DNA of 52,551 nucleotides, counting the filler, from Catajapyx aquilonaris (taxonomy: Eukaryota), in the NCBI GenBank assembly GCA_000934665.2. It is 3 parts of 3 records of this genome, joined end to end, with 100 filler letters (N's around TTAATTAATTAA, not from the genome) between each part and the next. Parts side by side here need not be neighbours in the genome. Positions count along the whole stretch, not along the records: positions 35,114 to 52,551 come from JYFJ02006944.1; 2 more parts are not named here. One strand, given 5' to 3'. Of this stretch, positions 37,005 to 48,526 are shown piece after piece. Below the pieces are notes generated by a model, which was given only the letters and a program-made list of their open reading frames with translations, was not told where the DNA came from and did no database searches. The first letter of the stretch is position 1. Every line of letters starts with the position of its first letter. Both the position numbers and the translations under genes were made by a program.

Positions 37005-38829
37005 GATCAGCCAGTGAGTGAAAAAAAGGTTTGTCAGGTCATATAGGTATATAGTCTGGTGACCCGGGGTAGCTTGCCCCTGGGGTAACTGGTTGTTTAC
37101 TGCTATCCTTTTACATATGCTGCCATGGTGATTACCCTCGGGATAGCTTACCCGGGGTCATCAGACTAGGGGCCTTAGGGACATCTAGATGAGTGAAAAT
37201 TGATTCCAGCACATTCATAGTGTAGAGCATGAACGTGTAGGTGTATCTGTTATTATTTGTGAAATATCTTGTCCTTATCTTCAGAGTAAGTGCAAGCGAA
37301 TATCTAGGCGATGGAATTTACAGCGACCATTTTGGAAATCAACTTAGGGACTTCTAGACAAGGAAAATTGCTTCCAAGATATATGTCGTGTTTTCCATGA
37401 ACATGTAAGTATAGCTGTTATTATTGATCAAATATCTATAATATTAAAATCCTTGCGGTGTTTGACCGAGCCCTCTGATTGGTCCGCCCCCCTATTGTTG
37501 CCGCCACCTCTTCCTATTGGCCCCCCGTCCATTGTTGCTGCGTCGTATCCATGACGCATTGTTACCACGACGCCTCCGATTGGCCCCCCTTCCGAGCATG
37601 CGCAATGGGTGGGAGAACGCGCCTCAGTCGCTGCCGACTGCCCGGATTACTATCGTTACCTGATCAAAATGACCCTGTGACCCATTTTTGAGGGGGGCAG
37701 AGGTCAAGTGGCTGAAGTCGAGTTTATTGGCCATTCGCCGAATCAATTAGTCACGATTTCCACATTTTCACCGTTGTGTTTGTTCATCACCTAGCAACAT
37801 ACGATTCGGCAACAATGACAGCAACGCTCCCATCTGCATTCTGCTTCAGCTCGAGGAATTTATTCAGGGGTCTCTGATGGTCACTCCCCCAACTTCAAAC
37901 CCAGTAGCAAAACAACGATTCAAAGAAGGGTCAGCAAGCCGCACGTACTGTTTCCTAATTGATTCGGCGAATGGCCTGTAAACCGGACATAAGACCAAAA
38001 GGACCCTGCGACCCATATTGGAGGGGGGCAGAGGTCAAATTCCGCCCTCGCCGATTTTCTTGAAATTCGGTGCATTGACATGTGCCCCCCTCCAATGTGG
38101 GTCAATTTCTATCAGGTAACTATAGGTGCGTTTTCATCCCTTGGGGTGGCTGCGATATTCAACACTGAACCCGGGAATAGGTCGAGAATATCAAAAGAAA
38201 TTGTCTGGAAGAATAATTAAATCAGTACTTGATCGTCTTTCTGCAGAGTTCCATGGATGTTTATAATAAAGGGGAGTTATGATTATGAGCAGATACAAAA
38301 CCTGGTCGGAAAGTGTGCATAATATAATTTAGATACATGTGTGCGATGAGTGCATGCGAGTAGAGGCGGCAGAGGTTGTGAATTTCTGTTCGTACAATAA
38401 TTCATTGGGGGTTTTAAAAATTCAAAAGGAATTGGCATGTTGAGGCGGTGAGCAAATGCATGCAGAGTATTTCCCAGCCAATGCAATGCAAAGGTGGGAT
38501 TTCAGACGGTGAGCAATAAGGGAGTACGGAATCGTGGATAACAGTGCAGAATCATGGACGGAGGAAAGGGGTGGGGTGGGAATACACATATATGATTGGG
38601 GGATGGGCATCATCACTGGCTATGAGTCGGAAGTGATTTAAAATGCGGTGTCCACCGCAGGCGGAGAAAAACGTGAGCGAAGCGAGCGGTTTTCTACGCC
38701 TGCGCCCTAGGAAAAGACGAGCGGAGCGAGGGTTTTCCTAGTCTTATATTTAATCTTCAGAATACGTATAAGTTTAAGAGGAACGAAAATCTAGGCGATG
38801 CTATGGCGGCATAGCAGGGGACAAAAGGG
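37005..38829. mobile_element. Truncated piggyBac-like non-autonomous element (one intact end) hosting a Helitron
   Basis: Right end AAAAGGG|TTAA at 38829. An internal tandem unit (TGTTATTAT..AAATATCTT..ATCTAGGCGATG) is present on both sides of the nested Helitron. The left TIR was not found. Confidence 0.45.
37435..38741 (+). mobile_element. Complete non-autonomous Helitron (~1.3 kb)
   Basis: 5' A|TCTATAATATTAAAA; 3' GC-rich hairpins ending TTTTCCTAG|T; no TSD. Excision restores AAATA|TCTT, matching the host repeat at ~37262. Confidence 0.82.
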
Positions 38830-39313
38830 TTAATCAGGATATTTCACGTAACTTTTTATTTAATCGTTCCCGCATTTTGTATCAGATATTCAGCAGGAGC
38901 AGTTTGAAAGCTGCTTGAACTATTTTTACAATATAACTATTTCCATATAATTAATAAATTGTCAGCCAAAAAAATTGAGTGCAAGGTCACCCGAATATTT
39001 TTCTCCAGAAGCTACAAGTACTGGAAATTTAAGTGTAAAACAATCAAGCCGATAAGTCCTGCAAAGAGGTGTGTAAAGAGCGCTACTACACGACTAAAAC
39101 ATTTAAATGCGACTACTGCCCAGCCACAATCTGCCGTCCCAGTAATTTCTGGAGGCATGTGAGGATCCCTACTCTTCGAGTCAGGCCTCACAGCCCTGGT
39201 GAAGATGAAGGCCCCAAGTCAACCAGAAGTGCCTTAAAATTGTATCCTAAACTGCAAAACTCCACATGGAGCAATGGTGCATGCATACAGTTTTTTGTCA
39301 TTCCTCAAAACTT

Positions 39314-41283
39314 TCACCGTGTGGAGTAGGGCCTTTTAGCAACTGACTTCTTCAATGGTTTCTTTCGTTTATGAATTCGCAAGTGCCTTTTCAAACAATA
39401 TGAATCACGAAACTTTTTCTGGCACACATAACAAGTGAATGGTTTGTCTCCTGTATGAATTCGCATGTGCTTTTTCAATTGCATTGAATCACGAAATCTT
39501 TTGTGGCAGCAGCCACAAGTAAATTGGGTTTTTCCTGTGTGAATTTTCATATGAGTTTTCAAATGACCTGACTGACGGAATTTTCTCTGGCAGACCTCAC
39601 AAGTATATGGTTTATCTCCGGTATGAAGTCGCATGTGGTTTTTCAAATGACTTCGACGATTGAATTTTTTCTGGCACACTTCACAAATGAGTACTCTCTT
39701 TACCAAGCTCTTTACAGTATGAATTCGATTGTGAGACCTTAGCTGAGTTGATTCATCAAATCTTATCTGGCAAATATGGCAGCAAGTGCTTTTACTATGA
39801 ATCATCATGTGAGATTTCAAATTATCCTGGGAACCAAGAAGTTTCTGGCATATTCTGCACTCAAGCGGATTTTTTCGATGACATATTCCCTGGTTTCTTT
39901 CTTCTTGGATCCCTTTCTCTTCTACGCCATCCTCAGTCCTCACTTGCACAACCTGGAACATGAATTACACTATATAAATTTCCATGATAAAAAGTGGCTA
40001 GTGTGGAGCTGTCCAAGCTTCATTTATCACATGGACGGTACCCCTTGTTATAAAGGCTCAGGGGTTTGTCACACCTCCACATGTCCACCCTGGCGTCGAA
40101 GACACAACAACACAATCCAAACACTAACACATCACTGCAACACTTCTGGAAATTAAATCACTCATGAAAATGGCCGATGCTGCTGCTGAAGTTAGGCACC
40201 TAGCTTCAGCATCAGCATCGGCCATTTTCATGAGTGATTTAATTTCTGCGGCTACAGTCAGATTTTCGACACTAGGCGGCTACACTTATTGAGGGCAGAT
40301 TGTAATCATGTAAAACCAACAGATTACAGTTCTGTTGGCATCACTATTTGCGCCAAAATATTTTTTGCTGATGTCGACACATGACGACCTCAGGTCTCAG
40401 AAGGACATGCTGAAAATGGTCCCCTCCAGCATCCAAAAAAATTTCCGATGCGAGTCTGCCTATTGCCGTACATATAGGATGTGCTAATGTGACATCATAA
40501 TGGCAGAAAACTCCCACCGTATCAGGGCTAGAGGGCATCAATATTGTTCTGGGCTTAATCCTGTGTGTGTGCGGAATTCCAGTAAGCCCCACAAGTCATC
40601 AGGTCAATCAGGTCTGGCGGGGCCTCAACCAGCTTCAACTCTCCAAGGCCAGGCAGGTGTACCCAGCTGCCCCGCTCCCCTGGGAGCTCCTCAAAGACTG
40701 GACTAGCCTTTGGAATGTCATCTAACCAGTTTCAATCAACAATCCATCCTCTACTATGGATACATAATACAACAGGATTTAAAGATTCTTGGATGCTGGA
40801 CAGGCCCATTTACAGCATATGCTTTCGGCACACCTTGTTTGGCATCATGCAAGGTAAGAACATGTCAATTTTCATTGAGAACCACACTATAATTTATAAG
40901 TTATTGCAGAATGTTTCGGTTCAGATTCGAGAGAATCACCCTGTATGTCCAAACCTGAGTGTTTGATTTGGATTAATTATTTCGTGTTACTTCATTGTAA
41001 TATTATACTGCAATTTCAGTAGCTTACATACGCCACTAATCACTTCAGAACACACTGCCAAAGGGTCCTCTTCATCTTCAACCACCCTAGGCATGACCAT
41101 CTCCTCCTCCTCCGCTTCCTCCTTCTTGATCTCGAGGAGAGTGTCTCCCATGAGCGTAGAATCCAACCATGGTGGTGGTGCTTCCTCCTCCTTCACCCTT
41201 AGCCTCCAACTCTCCTCATCCACTGTGATGTCTTCCTCCTCCTTCACGTCCCCTTCCTCCTTTATTGTCAGGATCAAAGACAT
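39314..41283 (-). CDS. C2H2 zinc-finger protein, paralogue 3 (exons 41283-41032, 39952-39314; 296 aa, 6 fingers)
   Basis: Acidic exon ends GGC|GTATGT and joins acceptor TTCCAG|GTT in phase 0. Six CxxC..HxxxH fingers with TGDKP/TGKTQ linkers. Confidence 0.88.
40149..40246. repeat. 98-bp near-perfect intronic hairpin
   Basis: GAAATTAAATCACTCATGAAAATGGCCGATGCTG pairs with CAGCATCGGCCATTTTCATGAGTGATTTAATTTC. Confidence 0.9.
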
Positions 41284-43714
41284 GGTCCTGTAAAACAGAA
41301 GGGTGGAGGTCATGTAAGCGCTGGAATATCATTGAAAAAATAAATCCTGATTATATTACTTGTGTAATATATCCGTTTGGCCCCAAAATATTTATATACT
41401 TTTGTTTATACTGTTATTAACTTTTTACATTGTACGTTTGTATGTATATGTGTCCGTATCACCAATTTCATCATCACCAAATTCATTATATCTTCTGGGT
41501 GGGCTGACCAGCACCAGAAGATCCATTGTAATGGTCATATGAGACAGCTAGGCACGAACTAGTTGTCGCTGGCTACCCCAGTTCTGGGATTATGCTGTGA
41601 TGTAATGAATGAATGAATGAATGTGTAACATATCCTGTCCTCAAGTAACAACACTGTATCTAGAAGCGATGATATGATTAATAATATGTACAAGTGCATT
41701 ATGAATTATGAATTGTTAATATGTACAAGTGCAACCAATTTCCACGGTATATTTAAGGTCGATATGAAGCTAATAGTGCTAGCGGTACACTCGAGAAAAG
41801 GGGAAAAAAACCGCATTTTGTCAGGCAAGCAAGTCACTTTGCACAGTTGTTCCTTGGACCTATCTACGCGATTTGACCCGCAGTTCCGTTCGCCAAATCC
41901 CTGTGCTGTGGGATTTTGACATCGTTTTGAAATTCGCAGGGTTTATAGAGTAAGAAGCCCTCTTCCCAATGGTGGAAAAAAAATCACCCCTAACCGGGCA
42001 AATAAGCTCGCAAAATGGCTCAGAATGTGCCGACTGTCCATAAGCTCCAATGTTAAATTAAAACTATTTTAAACCATCTTCACAATTTGACAGTTTGAAA
42101 GTAATATAATATGTGAAATGTGAAGAATAATATAGTAATTACAAAGAACACACAAAAAAAAAAACATATCAAACCGAATGATTTAAATTGTTATCGTGGA
42201 AAAAAGAAAAAGGGCGCGGGGTTAGCCTGAGGCACGCGAGGAAGTGGCAACATGGCAGTCTTCCTACGAAATGGCGCGCAGTGTCCGAATTTGAAATATG
42301 TGATCACACTAGGGTTCTTAGATAAAACTATACTGTAATAAATAAAATAAAAATTATAATTAGATGTTCTTAGATAGAGGTTCTTAGATAAAACTATACT
42401 GTAATAAATAAAATAAAAATTATAATTAGATGTTAAAACCAACCTCATGTTATATAAGGATCCTGTCACAACATTTCATGATTGCTCGATGCCTGGGAGA
42501 TTTACAGTGGGAATATACATTCAGGTTTACTGTGTATGTGGTACCTCGCCTGATCTGACTGTGTCGTCCGCCCTCGGAGACCCTCCTGCCCCCACAACCT
42601 CCACAGGAGCACGACAAGGGCGTCGCTAACAGCACAAATGTATATTTCAACTTACCGTAAATTAAAGCCTATACTTATCCCCCTTCCCTTTCCGAAGATA
42701 ATGTGTATTATGTAATGGATGTAACACGACATTGTGGAGCCTCGTAACTGTCACCCACTACCGTCGCCTTTGATCCTAAATATGCTGCCTATGGCAAACT
42801 AAAAATTCCGGTGTGTACATTCCAGTAGGTTGGCAATGTGTTGCAAGTGAATTAGGTTTTGCCCTGTAACAAATCGAGTTTACGGTGGATTTTAAAATGG
42901 AATGCATATTATTCCTCAGCATCCACTACTGCATTAGATGCACGTGTTTTCCCGAATTCAACTGCTCTAATTAACGTTTTTGTTCTAGACACTGAATTGA
43001 CTTGGGAGGTAGCTTCATATCCACCTTAACTTCCTGTACAATGCAGTTAAGCAAATAATTAAAAAAAAAACAATAGTGATCCCGCGCTCCCAATTCGTTT
43101 CTATAAATGTATGTCCTAAGGCAAGTCTTACTGTCTTGCCCCGATGTCCTCATGAGACTGTAACCAGGTGGTGGTAAGGGCCGTCTCTCACTGTGGTCAT
43201 CAAAGCTACCAGGGCACAATGATAAATAAATAAATAATTACATTTTTAGCGAAAGACACAACTCACTATTATTTGTGGAACCTACTGCTACAGGACCATC
43301 TCCATATTTGACCACCTCAGGCAAAGTGGTGAATTTCATAATCAGGATGTCTCTCTCCTTGATGAATTCGAATGTGACTATTCCAACATCTTGCATGGCA
43401 AAAATGTGTTTCACAAAGAAATGGCTAATGCCAGTACAAATCATATGAGTTTTCCAAGTACGGGTTAACAATACATTTTGTGGCACAGCTCAAAAATAAA
43501 TCGAAGACGTCTGTTGCCAAAGGGCATCCCAACTCCAAAATTTAGAAAAAACAGTTTCATTGCGGATCCCTACTCTTCGAGTCAGGCCTCACAGCCCTGG
43601 TGAAGATGAAGGCCCCAAGTCAACCAGAAGTGCCTTAAAATTGTATCCTACACTGCAAAACTCCACATGGAGCAATGATGCATGCATACAGTTTTTTGTC
43701 ATTCCTCAAAACTT

Positions 43715-45501
43715 TCACCGTGTGGAGTAGGGCCTTTTAGCAACTGACTTCTTCAATGGTTTCTTTCGTGTATGAATTCGCAAGTGCCTTTTCAAACAAT
43801 ATGAATCACGAAACTTTTTCTGGCACACATAACAAGTAAATGGTTTGTCTCCTGTGTGAATTCGCATGTGAATCTTCAATTTGCTTGAATCACGAAATCT
43901 TTCGTGGCAGATCTCACAAGTAAATTGGGTTTTTCCTGTGTGAATTTTCATATGAGTTTTCAAATGACCTGACTGACGGAATTTTCTCTGGCAGACCTCA
44001 CAAGTATATGGTTTATCTCCGGTATGAAGTCGCATGTGGTTTTTCAAATGACCTCGACGATTGAATTTTTTCTGGCACGCCTCACAAGTGAATGGTTTTT
44101 CTCCTGTATGAATACGCATGTGAGTTTTCAAAGTACCTGACTGACAGAATTTTCTCTGGCATACCTCACAAGTGAATGGTTTATCTCCGGTATGAAGTCG
44201 CATGTGGTTTTTCAAATGACTTCGACGATTGAATTTTTTCTGGCACACTTCACAAATGAGTACTCTCTTTACCAAGCTCTTTACAGTATGAATTCGATTG
44301 TGAGACCTTAGCTGAGTTGATTCATCAAATCTTATCTGGCAAATATGGCAGCAAGTGCTTTTACCATGAATCATCATGTGAGATTTCAAATTATTCTGGG
44401 AACAAAAAAATTTCTGGCATATTCTGCACTCAAATGGATCTCTTCCATCACATTTCCCCCTGTTCCTTTCCTCCTCGACACCGTTCTCTTCTACTCCATC
44501 TTCAGTCCTCACTTGCACAACCTGGAACATGAATTACAGTATATAAATTTCCATTATAAAGAGTAGATAGCGTGGAGCTGCACAAGCTTCATTTATCACA
44601 TGGACGGTACCCCTTGTTATAAAATGAAAAAATAAGTGAAAATGAAATATTTTTTTGGTCCTTTGCAATGTAAGGGTGAGCTAATGTTGCCTTTTTTTGT
44701 GGATACTTTCATTCATCAATATGCAGTAGTCTGCGTTCAAGGAATACAACAGGCAGAAAACTTTGTGAATTTGTAGCAAAAGTGATGATCTCTTACAGAA
44801 AAAACAAAGATATCTGATCAAAGAGGCAAACCTCATGCGGATGTTACAAGGGGAACAATTTACATCAAGTGGTTGAGTAAATTCTACATGAGTGGGAGTA
44901 GTTCCAAGACATGCAGAGTCATTCTTTCGAATCCGAACCCAAACACCCCCTCTGCACGGCCTTGTATACGCCAATATGCAAGGACGCATTCAAAAATTCT
45001 AGGATGCTGGACGGGCCCATTTCCAGCATATGCTTTAGGCACATCTTGTTTGGCATCATGCAAGGTAACAACATGTCAATTATCATTGAGAACCACATAT
45101 TAATTTATAAGTTATTGCAGAATGTTTGGGTTCGGACTCAAGACTCACCCTGCATGTCCAAACCTGAGTGTTTGATTTGGATTTATAATTTCGTGTCACT
45201 TCATTGTAATATTATACTGCAATTTCAGTAGCTTACATACCCCACTAATCCTTCCGGAACCACCTGCCAAAGGGTCGTCATCATCTACGACCTCCCTATT
45301 CGTGTCCACCGCATTCTCCTCCTCCGCTTCCTCCTTCTTGATCTCGAGGAGAGTGTCTTCCATGAGTGTAGTAGAATGACTGTCCAACCATTCCGGTGCA
45401 TCCTCCTCCTTCACCCGCAGCCTCCAACTCTCCTCGTCCACTGTGATGTCCTCCTTCTCCTTCACTTCCCCTTCCTTCTTTACCCTCAGGATCAAAGACA
45501 T
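43715..45501 (-). CDS. C2H2 zinc-finger protein, paralogue 2 (exons 45501-45241, 44521-43715; 355 aa, 8 fingers)
   Basis: Same splice pattern as paralogue 3 and a near-identical finger exon, with an extra 168-bp two-finger unit. Confidence 0.9.
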
Positions 45502-45798
45502 GGTCCTGCAAAACACAAAGGGTGGAGGTCATGTCATCGTGTCAAGTGTTGCATCCCCAATCATGGTGGGTGAAGAGGAGGAGGGACACTTTCTCTGTGG
45601 TGTGGGCAAAGGAGAACATGAAGTAGAGAATGTTTGGACGGGTCATGCCAACCAACTTGTCCATCCCTCGTCCCTATTCACTCTATTTCTCTTCTTCATC
45701 CTTTTCACTCACCCTATTCTTCCTCCTTCCCTCCTTCCACACCCGCAGGACCACCAGAGTCCCAGTGTTCCAGGCGGCCAAAGGAATCCAGTGGGAAT

Positions 45799-47384
45799 TA
45801 TATCAAAAACTTTCCCTTCAGTAAAAAAAAGAGAAGTAAGACCTCCGCGGCGGAATGAAAGTACTGAAACAAGGCAGGCGCACGTAAGACCTTCACCAAT
45901 TGATTTAAGCTGTACCATAGGTCTTACTCAAGCAATTTCCAATTCACTGCTCATGAAGTCTCCTTTCTGAAACAAATCTGTGGTATTTCTGTCGTACTAC
46001 TAGTTACTTCTAACTTAGCAGTACCAGTGTAGTGCAATGGTACTGCTAAGTTAGCAGTATCTTAGCTCTTATGGGCAGTATTAGTTTGCCATGAGCCACT
46101 CCATATTAGTGTTTTATGAAACTAGGAACTTCAATATTAAGCACATTGAATTTCTATGCGATTAGTGCGAATTATTGCCATGAAACATTCATGCAGAATC
46201 GTCACCTCTTTTAGATGCTGATTTTAACTCTAACGTTTAATTTTTCACATATAAACGTTAATTGGTGAATTTTAGAGGGTCTTTTTCGATTGGACCAAGT
46301 CTGTAGAATGGGTTTAGCCGTCTTTTTCCCCCATTTTTTTCTTTTCATAATAAAACCCTACATACTACTCGGAGTAGTTTGCAGCAGTCATTTTACGATC
46401 CGTTCCGTACCGTACTTGAGAATTGCTTGAGTAAGACCTATGGTACAGCTTAAATCAATTGGTGAAGGTCTTACGTGCGCCTGCCTTGTTTCAGTACTTT
46501 TATTCCGCCGCGGAGGTCTTACTTCTCTTTTTTTTACTGAAGGGAAAGTTTTTGATATAATTTCAGTTCTTTTTTGACAGTACACGTAACTTATGCTCTA
46601 CAGTGTCTACACTATACAGTCTGCACTATGAATGCATTGGAGACAATTTTCGTTGCTTAGAAGTCCCTAAAATTATTTTCACAGAGACAGTCGTAAAAAA
46701 ACGAAAGAGGAGTGCTACCAGCCAACGGTTAGTCTGATTTAATTATTATGAAATAGCCTATACGGTAATAAAATATACGGAACATTGAGAACTGTACCAG
46801 ACGATACAAAAAACACAAAGGTACATTAAAGTTGGGTGCAAACCCAATGGCGACAGTACCACTCGGCGTCGCTCATCTTGTCCTCCTTTGACCCACAACA
46901 ATATATGAGGTGGTAAACAACAACTGACGTTTCTAGGTGATGGCGTAACGAACAAATGAAGTAATGACAGAAAAAATACGAGGTAAAAAAATCACAGCCC
47001 CAATCCTGTAGCAGTGGGAACTGTGATATTTTGAACCTAGATCCGCACCATCCCACTCCACCTGCGGCCCTTTGACGAAGAAACCAAATTCCGAATAGTT
47101 ATTGAGAAAAAAAATTGAGGCGTATTTTTTGGTGGTTAAAATTTTTTTGCGGCGTTTTGAAGAGGAATTAAGTAAAAGTGTAAATGGTAGGAAATCAAGT
47201 CACGACGGTGGGGATCTGTGTTCAAAATTTGGAAGCTCTAACTGCAGCAGAACTTGAGTTAGGGCGAATAAAAAAAACGTAACAAGAAGAAGAACAAGAA
47301 GAAGAAGAAGAAGTAGGAAAAATTCATTGTTGAAACATTGTTGAAATCTATGCTACGGTCTTACTTAAGGGCTATCGCCCTTAA
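45799..47384. mobile_element. 1.6-kb insertion in the 5' region of ZNF paralogue 2; Helentron-associated (HINE/DINE-like) or composite element
   Basis: Paralogue 1 has the empty site GTGGGAATGAGACGG (~51461-51475). The insertion has ~140-bp inverted repeats (45796-45938, 46421-46562), a (GAA)n tract, AAGTAAGACC/GGTCTTACTT subterminal IRs and a terminal hairpin TAAGGGC-TATC-GCCCTTA. Confidence 0.65.
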
Positions 47385-48526
47385 AATGAGACGGACGGGA
47401 GGGGAAAGGAGCTCAATTCGACGGGGGGACAACTTCGAAGAGAACAAAGTCAGGCGGCCATCTTTTCTCTTTCTTTTTCTTTTTTTTTATGGGAATGAGG
47501 GTGCGTTCCTGTCGCCACACCAGAGAGTGGAAGGACGGGCTTATGCGCTATCACAACTCCTCTCAACAATCACCGCTACTGGTGCAGAACCGCTACTCCT
47601 TCCAAAAACGCTATTCACGTCTCCCTGCCCTTCTGTGCCGTCAAAGTGCTCACGTTACAATAAATTCTTAATAATTGAGATCACTCAAGAATTGGGAAAA
47701 TAATTTCATGTCATTTCACGAATCAAAATGGCCAAATTACACAACGTACAATTGGCTGCGATCCCAGAAAAGTCTCCTCTTCTTAAAGAAAATGACTGTA
47801 AAGACGTGGTTAACTTTTAATAATTTGCATTACATAGCACTGAATTCCAAAGCAATTCAAAGGCAATTCAAAGGCATGCAATTTTTACACTCACTCATTA
47901 TTGATTCCCTACGACTCTCATTTCACAATATCAATCATAGTCGCACAGGGTGATGCATGTACATTCACTATAATGTTTTATTACAATTAGATTTTTTAAA
48001 TTGTCATTTAAGTGATTTCACACAATATGTCTCACTGAATTCTTTCACACAACCAGGATGTGCCTGTCCTGTATGACTTCTTCTTTTTTTTTAAACTTTT
48101 CAAACACCTTGTATTGCTTTTTTTTTTTTTCACGGCACAGCCCAAGAATAATTTGCTGCTTCTCTCATGTACTCGTATGAAGCTAAAATCGATTGTTAAC
48201 ACGTGTATCAGCTTCGGCGAATATTTCACTCGTCAAATCGGACACATGTAAACGCAGCTTTAGGCGCAGACTAAGCAACGATAATATGAAACAACTACTA
48301 GTTTTTTGTTACTGCGTTGGAAAATTCCATGGCCAGGAATGAAAATAAATTAGGGCCGGCTTGATTTTTAGTGCCTATTTAAGAGCCTATTTTGACTATT
48401 TTAAGGACATAATTTTCTACCGATATGAGGGTTTTCAGAAACTCAAAATCCGTTCTTTACGCATAAGGTTAACACTTTTTATGGCACATCTCGAAAATAA
48501 ATTATTGGTTTCTGTCATGTATGAAT

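Noticed and set aside
42312..42433. ~67-bp tandem duplication giving ORF 42191-42469
   Set aside because: A simple local duplication in AT-rich DNA with no coding signal.
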